A stretch of DNA of 64,000 bases from Octopus sinensis (taxonomy: Eukaryota): positions 248,001 through 312,000 of the forward strand of contig NW_021835997.1 in NCBI RefSeq assembly GCF_006345805.1. Reading direction: 5' to 3'. The notes under the pieces are model-generated. The model was not told the DNA's origin. It worked only from the letters and a program-made list of their open reading frames with translations, and searched no databases. Below are positions 21,754-36,668 of this stretch, piece after piece. The position numbers and the translations under genes are program-made. Each line of letters opens with the position of its first letter. The stretch's first letter is position 1.

Positions 21754-24700
21754 TTAAATTAAGTCCGACAGGAAAAATGCAGCTCCGGCAAGAGACAACT
21801 GACTTGCTTCATCCTTTGAACATTCGACGGGAACAGAAATAACAACTTTGTTTCTATTCCTGTCTAAATAGACTGGAATTTCGAAATGTTCTGTGATTAT
21901 ATTCTGACATTACTTAAAATAATGACCACCTTCCAAGACATGAAACATACTGGAACTCTTGTTATAATAGGCGAACTAACAGAACTCGGAATAAATTTAT
22001 TTTTTGAAAATAAACAGCCTTCAAGTTCTAATCCTTCTACTTTGATTCCAAGTTTGTTGTTTTCCTTATTTGTCAAATCACAGCAAAACTGCAAAAGATC
22101 CATTTCAATCCGTTCCGTTCTAAAATAATATTTCAAAAAAGTACATTGCAGTAAACTGCCTCAGTGACTTTAAAAATGTTTTTGGTCTTAGTAAATCCGC
22201 TAAATTTTTGTAAAAATAGATTGCCACTACGAACTAGATTAAGCCATTTCTCGATTTTATAAGCTTTAGACGCAATCATGGAAATATATTTCAAAGGATT
22301 TGACGGTCCTTCCCACTTTGAAGACCATTTAGCCGGGACCTTTGGTAAATTTTAAACTGATCAAATCCTTTGCAATTTCAGGACTTTCAGGTGATAGGAC
22401 TGCTTTGTCCCGTAAGTAATTACTTAAAGCTCCAAGATCAAAATAAATTATTTGTACGAGTTCAACCACAGTAAAAAATTCAATTTCAAGAAAACTACGA
22501 ATTGGTGAATGACTCGAATCATATTCAAAATGACTCATTTCCAATTCAATAAATCGTTTATCCTTCAAAATAACTCATTATGACAACCTTATTGCAAACC
22601 ATCCACTGCTTTAGCAAAGAATTGATGGTCAGCAAGGCAATGGTTTTATCGAATGTTACTGATTCTACATTGAATTTAGAGAAAAGTCTCAGTCCAGTTA
22701 AGACAACGCCACTTTTAATATCTTGTACAGACTTGTCTGTGTTTGCAGGTAAACCAAGTATTCCGGGACAGTCAATGTCGGGAATCATTTCAATCGATTT
22801 TAAAAAACCCTTAAAATCATTCAAATAAATATTTTTTACATTATATGTGCATTCTGAGGGGACTTTAAAATACCTGATTGTTGGAATCCTGAGCGCGGGA
22901 ATTAAAATATTTGTTTATTAAGTGTTTAAGAATCCGCATATCAAATTGATTATCTACTCGGCCGCCGTAAACTGCGATTTCGAACAAGCCGTGGACTATT
23001 TCCAATCTGATCTTCCCAGAAGCTATAAATAAGGGTAGAATGGCCGAATATTACCCTTTGAAATTATTCTATTAAGTATTTCCAGACCAATTTTAAAATC
23101 CGAGTATGAAAACTCATAGAACATACTCCACCCCTAAAAGAATTGTTTTCAAAAATCAAACTTGTGGTATAAATCGACACCTCTCTTGCACAACCACGTG
23201 AAAGCACATGGGAGAAAATACTGCTTGTGACAAAGAAGGCATCGAAGATGTGATAAATTCATTAGGAATGGAACTAACACAGCGAAACATGTTATTTCTC
23301 ACTCCGGGTGGAGCCTATATATAAACCAAAGAAATACTTCGTAAGTAATCTTGACACATATTTGAAGCAACGTGGATGGGAAATTACAGTGCTGTTCAGT
23401 TGACATAAATAAACGAAAGTCAGCATGTTGGTCTTTTAGAGAAGTAAGTTCCTATTGAGGTTTATTTTTTTAATTTTACCTTTTCCAACGATAGTAACCA
23501 ATGTGTTACAAGATGGAGATTTTTCAGACAAATCCAATGCCCTAGTTTGGCAGTTTTCGCAAGTTCATTAATGGCAGTTTCGCACTGACCGTTCCCCATT
23601 GATATCTGATGAAATTGACCAAATTTGCCCATTTTCTCAGCCAATTCTTGAAGCTCTTCCGACGGATGTAAAAATCGCTTAAATTTAAAATTCAAAATAA
23701 ACTTGAAGTTAAATCATTTAGTGAATAATTCCAACTTGATTTAATCATATTATGTAATAAATCGTCGAATATTTCTAAGGATTCAACTTTTTTGATTTTA
23801 TCACGAAATAAACGTAGAATTTCATGTACTAACACTTTCAATAACTAATTTTGACTAAAAATTATCTTTTACATATTTTGAATCATATTGTGCTGAAAAG
23901 TCATAATTAGCGAACCTGAAAATTATTTTGCTTAAGTCTTTGGGACTAAATATACATTGAGGATTTTTATCCAAGTCAATTTTTTTTCTCAACTATAATT
24001 TATTAAATTACTCACAAGAAACCTCAACAAAAAACTTAACCAGGAAATTTATCAGTTCCATGTTTTTGTGTTCAGTCAATCCAGAGAAGCCAGGAAGTTT
24101 GAAATTCAAAACGTAATTATAAAATATTTTTTTTCATTTCCTCTTCTTCTGTCGGTCTAGCGAGATTTTAACCATTTTTAGTTCACTCGATATAGCACAC
24201 TGGAATCTCAGAGGTGAATCGACTTGACAACACATGCCGACCAGTATCATGGTCACTAATTCCGCACACAATTTGAATTCCCTCAAAAAGAACAAATTCA
24301 CGATTATCGTCGTAAAATCCATTATACGTGAAAATCTAAATTTATAACAACTCAAAACTTGTTGAAGAAAAGCAACAAGTTGAGTCGTTGCCCATTTATC
24401 TGGTTTACAATAATCAATGTTTTTTAGATATAAAACAATTCTTTCACAATCTTTTGGTCTGTAAACTCTTCCTGTCGCAGTGGTTAACATAATGCATAGT
24501 TGAGAAAGGCGGAGAATTAAATGTTGAGGACTCGTCTCTGTACTGCAGTAAATTGTGGTCAAATAAACAGATCTTCTGTCTCGACAACATTTTTCAAGCA
24601 TTAGACTAGTAAATAAGAGCTCTGTTTATTAAAATACGTTTTCCCGCTTCCTGGTGGTCCAACCATTAGAAAGTTGTGAATATTGTCCGAATCTAATAGT

Positions 24701-27700
24701 CTTGTGTAGAAACTCATTTTTTGTTGCGCGAGTGCAGTGTTTACAAAAAACGTTTCTTTTACAGAATCGGCATCGAACTATTTATAATTTAGACAGAATA
24801 CATCATCGGTGAAGGTTTTTAACTTTTCTCCGTCAAAATACCACCCAACTTGATCAGCTGATTTCTTATTTTCTCTAATAAGTTCAAAAACCTGAAAAAA
24901 TAATAAATAAAAGAATTTACGTAGTGGGCTAAACGCTGACGGAAAATTGTTTTTCCGTTACTTCCGAATCCACGAATCATTGCGATGGCAAATTCCAACA
25001 AATTCGAAACTCCTTTTAGATGTGACAACCCACTATTAACTACTCCAACAGCACTAATCGGGATGACTGTCCCAATCTAGAAATTCTGCAAATTTGTGGA
25101 AACCTCTTTGAGACACCAATCAAAAACTTTGTGAAAATAAGTTTCAATCCATTCAACAAGTTTTTCGTTGTCTGAGCTAAATTTTTTAATCCAAGATTTC
25201 ACAATTGCGGAGAAATCTATAGTTTCATTACTAGTCGGCATATTTTGTTAAAAAATACCTGATATAGGGAAATTGTGGCTGGAGGAGCATTCGTCAGATC
25301 ATGAGTTTCAAAAATAAAATTGACATTTTCTCAAAATTTAATTCTTTCACCAGATGGGAGTGTCAAAAGGTGATTATCGTCGAGGACAGAATTAAGGGAT
25401 TCGATCCATTCCGGGTCAATGTCTCCATCACAGACCACGAAAGAGAGTATTTCTGAGGACTCTCTAACAATTTGACAAGCAGCGCATGTTAAGATCCCAT
25501 CAGTCCATTCTCGAGTGTCATAGTCAATCTGTCCTAACAACTATAATATATTTTTATTGTTTTTGATTAAAAAACTTGCAATTTTGTCACTGCTTTCGGG
25601 TTTAGGGCATATAGTCGGACTATTTGTCCATTTTTTATCAAAGCATTTTTTAATAATTTCCAAAGAGTCGACTTTCCTGATCCACTGGGACCTACATTCA
25701 CGACCCCAATACGTTGTTGAATTTGCTCATGTAGTTCGAAAACCTTTTGAATCTAAGAAATTTTATACCCTTTTAATAAAAAAACCTGCATAGAAGATTC
25801 AGTAAGATTCATTTCAACATAACTCTGTTTCACATATTCAGTCAGGCTGTTGTTAGTGACATTGCTCAGATGAACAGACTGAAACACAGCTTTGACCAAA
25901 TCATTAAACACGAGCGAATCATAATGAGACAATTTTGACAAAGTATTAAGACGCAGAGCTTCAACCACAACATGAAATTCAATATCATTATAACCAGCTT
26001 AAAAATGTTTTAACTGTTAAAAAAACCTTTTTCTCGATCTACTTTTTGGATAATATTTCCACAGCTTTTCAAAACTGTCTTAAGTGCCCGTAATCCCCAA
26101 TCATAATGTTGACGATATGTAAGAAGACTTCTTGGAAATAACATAATAAATATCACTCGGCAGAAGAAAATATTGAAACAAGTTTTTTCCCAATTTTCTT
26201 AGCTTCAACAAATCCTTCAGAAAACAAAATCACTTCAGCGATCAGTTCATTGTCGGGTTTGGACATGACGACTGGCCGAAACAGTTGTTTTAAATTATCA
26301 GGAAGCTTTTGTCGCCCACCATATCCTTTTCCAGTCGGATTCATTATTATAAACATATTTGAGTTGAAATTGACATCAATCTGAAATGTTTGACCTTAAA
26401 ATAGGAACATGAGAGATTGGACAATCAACTGATTATCCCCAATCTTATACTAACAAATCCAAAAATACGTAGGAAAGTAGTTCTTTCCATTCTTTAATGA
26501 TTTTAACCACAGAATTGTCCGATGCAATGTAATTTGTCAATGAGAACGTAAAACTTGAACCCCAAAAGTCGAGTTCTCTCAATGATCTTCTAATGGCGAT
26601 CTCACCTTTGGCCCTTTTATTTATTTCCTATAAAATTTAATTTTTATTTACTTTTATGATTTCGAATTGAAGAATAATTTCTTGTTTTTGATTCAAAATA
26701 TCTCGAAATAAAAGTTTCTCAATTGTCATATCTTTAGGAAGTCTGATCAAATTAAAAAGTTCAATCCAGTGGTCTACGGTCAGATCATCACCTCGGAGCC
26801 ATTTCAAGCATGGAATTAATTCCTAATTTTCCGTTTTTAATTTACTTTGAATTTTTCGATTTCGTTGCATAATTTTATGTTTATGAACGTTTTTTGTTCG
26901 GATTTGAGTTTGTTTTGCCATCGGTTAATCAAGTCAGTAAAATCTTCCGTGTTTGATCTGCAGTTGATAATGCGGAAAAAACCTGAATGAAATCCAGTCC
27001 TCAGATTCGAGCTTTTTTAATTCTGAAAAAAATTCTAAAAACAAATTCCATTTTTCTTGGCTCATAGAAATTTGTTGGATTATTTTTCCAATGTTTTCAA
27101 GTTCAGATGAATCAGCCTCAAAGTATTTGACATTCCGTCTAAAATAAAACATTTTATTTACCGTAAAATTTCGACTTGTTTTATAAAAATGTCAAAATTA
27201 TTTTTTGAGAAATAATTTGATTGGTTTTTTCTTTGATTTTTTCAAAATCATCCTCGAAATCTTCGTCATTTTGAACTAAATGATTCCACCGCGATTTAAT
27301 TTTATCAACTTTTTTCCGTGCTTCGATCACATCACTCGAAATTTGTTCTTTAATTGCTTTAATCTTTGAATAATTTAAAATTTTATGCCTGTTTTTTTAG
27401 CATTACGTCATAGTTATTTATCGTTGATTCGAATTTTTGAAAATTTCTCCGAGCCATTCCAACAGATTGAACACTTTTTCCCGCGACAATTTTTAACAAT
27501 TTATTCTTTTTTTCAACCGAATCAATTTCAATTTTTAACTAAATATAATTTAGTAAATAAACAGAATTAAGTTCACGAGTCCATTCAATCTTCTTGTTGG
27601 AATATTCAACAACTTCTTCGACTGACTGAGGAGTCTTTTCCAATGAAGATTGTGCCTCGAAAATATTTTGAGTCAATTTTTTGTTCGTGGCTTGGATCGA

Positions 27701-30515
27701 ATCACTCAATGTGACCACCAATGCCTCAAAATACTTTTCCAACAAGTCGTCGATAGCTACCTTCATCAAAACTGTGTTTATCAAAACACAATCCACTTTT
27801 ATCTCACTTTTGTAAATATAGAAAACTCTACTTTGGAATTCTTTCTGCTTCTCTTCCTTTTGCTTTCATTTCTCGAAAGTTTTCCTCAAATTCTTCAATT
27901 TTCGTTACGTTTTTAGCAACAAAAGTCTCAATTTCAACCGAACTGAGAACAAACCACAGCTAAAAATATAAAATACAAAAAATAACTTTAAAACTGACGA
28001 GAATATCTTCTAATTTTTCAAAAATGTTCTCAATTTTATCATAAACAGATTTAATTCTGTCAACGTTTAAGTTTATCATTGTCGGAAAAATTCGATTTTG
28101 TTTTCCCGCGCTGACTCCTCTAAATTGTCTTGGAGTAGTGACGAATCTCCTGACTTCCTTCATGAAGCTCATTCTCGAGTCTTCAAGAGAAGGCTTGAAT
28201 TGCAATTTATTTTGTCTAAACATTAATCGACTTAAAAATATGCTTAAAAATTAAATCTATTTTGAATGGAGAGAAAATATCATTAAATAATTCCATTCCA
28301 ATCTGATATTGGAAATCGAGAGCTTTGAAAAGTTGGTGATCCCACTGATTTCTCCAACCCTGCATATCTTCCGGCGAATATCCCTATTTCGTGTTATTAA
28401 TGAAGACTTGGGATTTAGGGATGTGAATATTTGCCGAAACGTGACCATTTCACTCTTCCACTGTTGTTGATTACGTAATAAATCAACGTCAAATAACATT
28501 ATTGTCTGATTTTTTTATTTCTACAACAAACCTTGTCTATGAGTTGCTCGTGGCTTGACATTAGACGTCGATTTTCTTTGGAAAGTTTTTCGCTGATTTC
28601 TTTGAGTTTTTAAACATAATTTTCCAATTCTTCACAGTTTTTCCACGTGATTTCGTCGGTTCCTGTTTTAAGGTGGTTTAAAAACATTTCCGACCATTTT
28701 GTTTTTTTCGGATAATTTCCTCGAAGGCTCTTGCCGTGGAAATCATCATTGGTTTCTGACAGGGGATTATTTGACGGTTAATCGAGTTGTAAAAATGTGC
28801 GACCTGTTTTTTACTGGAACAAACTTTTTTATACTTTCCGAAGAGAAATTCCATAATTATAATATTTTTGTCCTTCGTTGACAATTTCCATTATTTTTGA
28901 CGGAATGGTAAAACCGAGGTTTGACGAATGATGGACATCCTCCAGTAGGGCAACCAACTCGTCACTATAGCTTACTTTCAGCTTCCCATTTGTATGGTCC
29001 ATCGTCATTACTTTGCCCGTGATGACCAGCCTTTGGATTTGAGTTTACAAAATTACTTATTTTCTGAGGAATCTGCTTTTTTGAGAATTTCTCGACACCA
29101 GTCGTTGTATTTATCCTGCTTCCATAATGATAGTTCTGTTTTTATGCCATTTAGGGTGTTTAGAAAATCCGTCTAAATCGCTTAAAATTGCTTTTCCAAT
29201 CGCAATATATTCTTCTACCTATATAAATTATTTTATAAATTTGTTTTTGACTTTTTTGTTTTGATGGAATACCCAGGACATTTGATTAATAAATAAAGAT
29301 TGGTGGATTATTCTAGAAGGTTCCGTCTTGTGTGACATAATTGAGTGAACCTCTTCTTGGAAATGTATTACATCAATATTCATTTGACTTAAAAGATTCT
29401 TTCTATTTAAAAAATATTAATATTTTTTTAACCTCTCGTCTATTAATTTCTCCTTAATTTGAGGCATAGCAACAAGGTCGGTGAATTGCCCAAGTTTTGT
29501 TAAAAGCTTAAAATAAAAAATATCCACTACTTTACACGAGTTTTGGCTGAATTGTATGAAATATTCTTTTAATTTATCAATAAAACATGGCAAAAAAGTT
29601 GAAATAATTTTTTCATGTTCAGCCACTGCTTTTCCCCAGTCCCTAGCCGTATACACACTGGATTGAAATACGTCCAAGTCTTATTTATTTAAAAAACTGT
29701 CAAAAGGCTTAAATATTTGTTATTTTGTAAACATCCTGTTTTCTTTATCCACAAATCTAGAAAACTGTTCACAACATGTTCTGATTTTTGTAATCTGAGG
29801 TGTAAATATTTCAATTTAACTTCTTTAATTCTTTTGCCTAATTGATTCGTCATTTTAGGCTTGAAGGGTCCCCCCTTCCATTTATGGGGAACGTATTGAG
29901 GCCAGAATTGTTCGGTGAGAGATATACACATTTCTTCGAATCTATCAGTGACCTTTATCCCCATTTCTAATAAATTTTTTGATTTAATAAAAGTTTCTTT
30001 CCAAATATTTTCCTTGCTGAGGACAGTTTATATTTGGCATGCAAAAGTGTTGTCTTAAACATTTAAGGAATGGTTTAATTACCTAAAACAAACATAAAAT
30101 GCTCCATTCTGTTTTCTGGATAGTTTTCATAATCTGAATGGCGCCATAAATCGTCGAGAACATCAAAACAAATTTCAACAACTTCATTCAACTCGGAAAT
30201 CCCAAAACATTAAAGTCCGTCGAATTTTCGACTTAAAGGAGAGAGAATTGTATTGTATTTATGAGCGATTTTTGATTTGATTTCACAATTTTCACAACTC
30301 AGGTTGGCCCAATATTCAAATTCGTCAAACGGGGTTAAAACAACTAAAAAATATCATTATGAATTATTTACATCCATAGTCCTGGGCTGTTGAGTTTTTG
30401 AGGAATTTTTTAGGACCCCAGTCTAGTTGTGATGTAATATTTTTGAGTGTCGGGTCCAATTTTTGTTTTATTTCTGAACAACTGAGTAAAGGACCATAAA
30501 GCTGGAAGCAATAAG
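21754..30515 (-). pseudogene. DYNC2H1: Cytoplasmic dynein-2 heavy chain pseudogene, copy A (two large internal deletions)
   Basis: Tail, [55 protein letters not shown]6 and C-terminal AGAAFFL are present. Junctions near 26411 (linker to end of AAA1) and 23668 (post-AAA3 to AAA6). In-frame TAA at 30028 and 30210. Confidence 0.9.
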
Positions 30516-31800
30516 CCTCTTTAGTTCAGATATTAATTTCTTCTTCCCAAACTTCAAATTGAAGTAATCCACAGTCAAAGGCCATCCTCCTCTAGGCATC
30601 CGCTTAAACCGATCTTTGACGAGCCCGAAGAGCTGAGTCATCCATTCACCAGGATTCGAAGAGTTGACAGAGTCACACAAAGCTTTCAGAGGTAGCAGAC
30701 TTGTCGATATCTGCTGGGGAGGTCCAGTGAGTGAATTTCCGGAGGAATAAGGGTAATCTCCAAGTTTCGACCAAGTATAAATCTCGACGTATAAGCAATA
30801 GATTTTAATTATTTTTTCATTTTTTATTAATTTTAATGGGATTGTCTATTGGATTGTCTGGATTTTATATTTTTTTAAAAAATAAAAATTAAGCCGAAAA
30901 AACATATTTGTTAACTATTAGGAGCAGAAATTCTTGGAATATCTTCTCTTTATCAACTAACGAGGTCCGCCACGTGAATTCGTCCAAATAAGATTCAAAT
31001 AACGATCGCGATGTTTTTAAAAATAAAATAAATTTACGAGTTTTACCAAATTACTGTGAAAAAATTTGCACTCGTCGATTTCCACTATCGACTCTTCTAA
31101 AAATTAAAATTAAATAAATTACGTAACCACGAGTCCCCCAAGTTTAATTGGACCATTTGCAAGAGACACCGTAATAAGTTCTCTGCAAAAGTTCGTCCAA
31201 TCTGTAATCGTATTTTGCGAAATTTCTAGTTCGTACGAGATGCAATATCCTTCGTAATTTAATGCCCACATATACGTAAGCATCAAAATTTTCGCTAACG
31301 GGAAATGACTTCCTAAAATTAGTTTGAGGATGACTTACTGGAAAACCAGCTGTTCGTTCTTATACTTCGAGAAGTATTGCATTGAATACATACCCAAATT
31401 GCGTTGTCCACGTTTCTTTTTGCCTTAGATAAACGGCAGCGTCTCTATTTGTAAGAATATAGGTCTTACTTTACAGCGAACGCATTTCATTGTGTTAGAG
31501 ATCAACCGCCTCTCTGCGCACCAAATTACACACTCTTCTATATTATCGCCGAAGAGCCTGTATAGAGACAATAACCGGTAATATTCCTGCATTATTTGCT
31601 CATTAGACTTGATTGCAGCCGCATCAAGAATAGACAAACCCATTTAAAATTAGACAATCCCATTAAAATTAATAAAAAATGAAAAAATAATTAAATCTAT
31701 TGCTTATATGTCGAGATTTATACTTGGTCGAAACTTGGAGATTACCGGAATAAGGACGACCATGAACATTTAAATCCACTCTTCCATTACAATTTTCAAT
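30515..31800 (-). mobile_element. 5' fragment of an R4-like retrotransposon inside the dynein-2 N-terminus (copy A), split by Merlin
   Basis: EWMTQLF..VKDRFKRMPRGGWPLTVDYFNLKF parallels EWVSQIV..TKQRIGRIPRGGWNLIREKFNSKF of the element at 62569. Confidence 0.7.
30752..31746 (-). mobile_element. Merlin (IS1016-like) DNA transposon, internally deleted
   Basis: ~95-bp TIRs starting GG; 8-bp TSD GGAATAAG (30744-30751, 31747-31754); absent from copy B. Transposase remnants CVIWCAERRLI..CVRC, W.C..C, IVEIDE and LFESYLDEFTWR. Confidence 0.9.
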
Positions 31801-32072
31801 GTTATTTTCACTACGTATTCAATATTATCGCACTTAGCTTTCCATCATTAAATAAAAGGACTGAAAAATTTTACAGCACCTGGTCTAATGAAAGTTAATG
31901 TATCCTTATGTTATGAGCTTGATGGAATTCTGCATTTGGTTGTTTATGATATGAACTTTAATGTTTATGACATTTTGAATTAAGAGAATATCAGTTAAAA
32001 TAAAGAGGAATATTGCAGAAATCAAAAAATTTACAGACAAAGAAAGGAAAAAGTCCAGTTTACAAAACTAAT

Positions 32073-33047
32073 TCATTTATTGGAATCTCTGTAGTGGTTG
32101 ATTTGGGAGAGCAAAGGACTATCTCCAGGTAGAACACACGAAATTGTCCTTTTTACATAATAATCGGAATCCCAGTTCAAATTTTCGATAATATCCTCCA
32201 ATAAGTGTGCTTTCCCCACGCCATAACCAGTCAGTCCACATTTCAAACTCACAAAATGAACATGAAAATGATAAAATGTGGGTTGGTAATGAACAAACAC
32301 TCGTAAGGAAGCTCTCGGAAAAACATACTCTCGCTCAATTTCTCTCTAAGTATGATTAATCACAGAATCTAACCATTCCGCTCTCCAAAATGTTTCTGAG
32401 GAGGGGAATATGACTTTGTCGGAGATCTCGAATGCTCATAATGTCGCCTCGATTGCAGATAGCTAGAGTGTAGAGTTCATCCAGCGCATTTTGATTCCAC
32501 TTTAAATCCGGGACCATCACGAATCCTGTTGAAGGATCGGAATCTCGAAAAATCACTTTCTCACAATCACTGGCCAAGAGGTTTTGAATCCACTAAAAAT
32601 AAAGTAGACAAAGTACTGTGGTATTAAATTGGCACGTTTTTAAGTAAGGGAGGACTGCATTGATGTATTCTTCGCCAGTTTCTCTTAACATGACCAAAGA
32701 AGATGGCTCGCTGTATTTCTCAATGTGGAGAGGGGTGGCTGGACAAATTAGAGTTGTGTTTAATTCTAGAAATAAGCATATAAACAATTCTTTCCCAGAA
32801 AATCAGAACACGTTTTCAAATGGCATCGATGATAGATGTCGTTAGAAATTTGATTTGAAAATTTGTTTGCTTCAAAGTCGACAATTTGATTGATTTTGGT
32901 GACGTTTAGATTTGAGTGCTGCATGATTACAATCGCGTCGTGTTGATTGTGTTTGAATAGACAAAATATTGTGTTTGATGTTTTATCTTGTCTTAAGACA
33001 CGAACAAATTTCAACGTCTTAAAAACACCACTTAGATCCATTATCAT
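32073..33047 (-). CDS. DCPS: Scavenger mRNA decapping enzyme, copy 1 (apparently intact)
   Basis: TLICPAT, PDLKW, SIRDL and HYQPTFYHFHVHF (HIT motif); the splice junctions checked keep frame. Confidence 0.9.
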
Positions 33048-33109
33048 ATTTTTTCTATTAATTTTTTATCTAATAAAGTTATATTTCAGGCAATTTATTA
33101 TTATAGCAC

Positions 33110-35015
33110 ATCCCGTATGGACATGAACAGAAAGAGGTACATTCCCACACGTGCCACACACGATATGATTTTTTAACCATAATTATCCAACTTCTGCGGT
33201 TTCTAGCTTACCTGTGGAGTTTGTCCTGGCTATTGCAGTTGTTTAGGGTTTTCTCCACGCGAATTAAATCAAGTTGCAAAACAGCCGGCTCCAGAATCCC
33301 TCTGTTTGATGTTAAATTTATTTCGCGGATGTGGAAAAATACCAAAATATTTCAATAACGACATCCCCACGGTTTCCGTGGAAGTCGACAACTCAGTCAA
33401 ATCTATCCGTCCGTTTGTCCCTTTCTTACAGACATTGATCTCACTGGTCCCAGTGTGTATACTCATCTGATTAATCTTCAAACAAAACTTTACCAAAATA
33501 TCGGAAGGTGATTTTATGTTTGAAATTTTCCAGAAATCGGTCACTATTTTTGATGGGGGCCCACGATTTTGATAAACTAAGTCCTCCCTTCTTGTATACG
33601 ACTACTCCACCGTCGGAAATATGATTTGTCCCGTTGAATCAGTCAAGGGAAATGAACGGATTAGAAATGATGGAATCCTGTCAAGTTTTATGACTAAGTT
33701 CATAAAAGGACACTCATCTCAAGACTTATCTTCCACTAATTCGCGACGCTGAGAGGTATCCAGTGATCTACGACAGCAATGGAGTAGTTCTCTCAGTGGT
33801 CCATTTTGAGTTGGAAATTGGTAGGAAATATTCCAAAGTAACAACTCAAACTAAAAATATTTTTATTGAAATGACTGCAACGGACTACCGTCGGGCTGTC
33901 ATTGCAATGGACACGATCGTCACTACTCTCAGTCAGTACTGTCTTCGGGAGGTTTATGACTGTGGGGAGTCAGTGAGAGTGGAGTATTCCGGCAGAGTGG
34001 ATATAACTCCCTTTTTGTGGTGTTTTGAGACTTTCAGAGTATTTTTTATGGAGAGGAAATAGTTGATTGTAACAGAATGAATAAGCTTTTGAATGTTGAT
34101 GAGTCTCCCAAGTCGATTCAGACTTATTTGGCCGAATGGGCTTGAAAAGTACTCTGGAAGAGGATGGAAGGTCCCTAAAAGTAGTCATTCCTCCCACACG
34201 TCATGGTAATTCCCTATTTTAACCAGATATCATTCACTGGCACGACATTGCTGAGGATTTGGCCATTGCCTTTGGCTATAACAACATTCCAAGCAGATTT
34301 CCTCCAACCCTGTCCGTGGGCCGACCAGTATGTCCATTCTTCGTTTATATTTAGTCCCCAATAAACAGTCTATGCGAGGCAGTTCGACTGGAGATGGCAA
34401 TTATGGGGTACACAGACGTCTCCAACTTTCGTACTTAGTCCACTTAATTGTAGTGCTCCATTGAGAACATCAAGATGAATGTTGGTTGGCCTTTGGACTC
34501 TTGCGTCAAAATTCTGAACCCCAAAACTGCGGATTTTCAAGTTTAGTTATTGGAATATTGAAGGTCATTTGTAATTTCCTGTTTCCTGGTCTTCTAAAGT
34601 GCATTCGCTCGAACAGACAGTCGCCTCTTCCAATCAGCATATTTGAAGTTGTGGACATTGTTCTTAAGGATGCCTCGACGGGTGGTGTTGTTAATCTGAC
34701 TAATTAGATGTGGGGACTAGGAATTATGCTCATGTCTGTGCACTCCATTGTAAGCGTTCCTATGCCTTCGAGTGGATTCATGGATCCCTGGATGATTTGT
34801 TGAACTCGTTAGGATTACGTCATGTTTCGATTCCTGGGGGTACATATGAGCTTAAACCAATCGGGGTTGATGGTCATGGCAAGTTTTTTTTGCCTGGACG
34901 TTGTGCCGACGTGGTTTGCAATGAACAGGTCATTGGGTTTTTTGGAGAATTGAGTCCTGTTGTCCTTAAAGAGTTTGATGTTCTTTTTAGTCTAGAAATT
35001 GATTTTACAACTTGG
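33110..35015 (+). pseudogene. FARSB: Phenylalanyl-tRNA synthetase beta subunit, copy 1 (decayed)
   Basis: [26 protein letters not shown] and PTRHDIIH...AEDLAIAFGYNNI are present. Relative to copy 2 it lacks a ~16-nt segment encoding part of VPPIIN and the C-terminal WPSSIFEID. The 5' end is unclear. Confidence 0.85.
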
Positions 35016-35143
35016 TTTTATATTATTCCTGATTTTTTGTTTTTTATTGACTTATTGAAAAGATTTTTTTAATTTGATAAAGAGTTTTAAATCAAAAAAA
35101 TAGTAATGTTTGAAAACAGCTAAAGTTTCATCGTTAAAGATTA

Positions 35144-35757
35144 TGTCTGTTTAATTTATTGGATTTATTGTAAAAGATTTTTTAAAACTAAAAAAGGTGT
35201 TTACTCAATAATAGATCGAAAATTTAACCGAAGAGGAGCTAGAAGGTTGAAGAATTTAAAAAATTTTAGAATTCTATCAAGTTTTCAATTTTTTTGATTC
35301 TGATAAAAATGGAAAAATAACTCTCCAAGAATTCCAAAGCGCTGTGCATTCTATTAATCTAAGTTTTAAAGAACATGAACTTGAAGAATTTATCAAAGAA
35401 TATGACGAAAACAGTTTTTGTGCAGCATTAATGATTTAGAAAGTAATACAATTGAATTCCCAGAATTCTTGACTTTTATGTCAAAGAAATAACTTGTGAA
35501 AGATTTTGACAATTAAAATAGAAATATTTTCAGACTATTTGACAAAAATGGAGACGGAAAGATTAGTTCCCAAGAACTGAAAGACGCAATGCTTATGTTG
35601 AATAACAATCTGACAGAAGACGAAGTAAAACAAATAATGAATGAGGCGGACGAAGATGAAGATGGATTTATTGACTACGAAGGTTAAATTTCTTTAATAA
35701 TTTACAGAGTTCATTTCTGTAATTTCAAAAGCAGAAGACAAAGGGAACTTATTCTAA
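35144..35757 (+). pseudogene. Calmodulin-like four-EF-hand protein, copy 1, two in-frame TAA in the central linker
   Basis: DSDKNGKITLQE, IEFPEFL, DKNGDGKISSQE and DEDEDGFIDYEE. The linker MSKK*LVKDFDN*NRNIF keeps calmodulin spacing. Confidence 0.8.
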
Positions 35758-36668
35758 TTTTTAATTTATTTTTTGTTATTAAAATGTAGTAAAAATGCAT
35801 TATTGACTTTGGGAATATTATACATACGATTACTAAACAAATAACCACTTAATTTCTACCTGGAAATTAATAGATAAAAAAACAAATTAATAATTGAACA
35901 AAACATACTTGAATATTTTTGTATACACAAGCGATCTTATAAAATAAAAGAGATTGTTAAGCGATATTTTCAAGAGAACCCTTGACTCAGCAGCCTTTGT
36001 TCTATTCTAAAGCCTGTGGTTCTAATAGATTTCGGGAATGGAATGACGCTTCTTTCTTTTCAAAAAGCAATTTTCTCGTCTGAAATATCACTTTTGTGGA
36101 CTTATTCGGAAAATATAATCTAGTTCACTCTGTCTGCATTTCCCAAATTACCTCCGATTTTGCCGAGAAATCGGAAATCGTAAAATACCGGGCCGTTAGT
36201 AAAGACTTCTTTTTGACACCAACTTCTTTTTGACATCAAGTGAAGACTTTGGTTTTTCGAGCGGATATCCCTTGCGATAGTACGCTCTAATTCTTTCTCG
36301 ATCGCGTCGGCTTCCCGTCCATGAAGCTTTCGAACACTTGACCGAATTCTTTTTTTGGTAATAAACAAATTCCGTTAAAAAAACTGCATCCTCGAAGCAA
36401 AAGCCTGTGACTTTTTTTGCGGGTTCTATCATCTCAAAAAGAACTTAAGACTCTAAAGAGTCGATCTGGTTGTTTCACCGTCTTCTTTGGCAATTGTGTC
36501 CGGAAATTGCGTCGCAATTCGCTGTGCTTAGAAGTTCTCCTATCTCTTTTCCATTAAATCTTTTTTTGAAATTAAGATTCTAAAACAAAGATGTACTATG
36601 TTTAATGTAATAGTTTTATTTAAAAAATAAACGTGAGATTTAGTAATAGTCAATAGTCCGAACATTAT

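Larger units (their letters stand above)
26899..35490 (+). repeat. Segmental duplication copy A (dynein-2 tail, DcpS, FARSB, calmodulin-like)
   Basis: Colinear and highly similar to 55074-62549 in the same orientation, differing by substitutions, deletions and private TE insertions. Confidence 0.97.

Noticed and set aside
3757-35757. Stop-codon reassignment (TAA/TAG as Gln, TGA as sense), suggested by in-frame stops at conserved positions
   Set aside because: The same genes carry frameshifts. Long intact ORFs (Tc1, LINE, PP2A, DcpS) have no internal stops and use CAA/CAG. Dynein copy B has CAA (57780-57782) where copy A has TAA (30028-30030).
35900-36560. Overlapping short minus-strand ORFs as a gene
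   Set aside because: No recognisable motif or consistent splice model.
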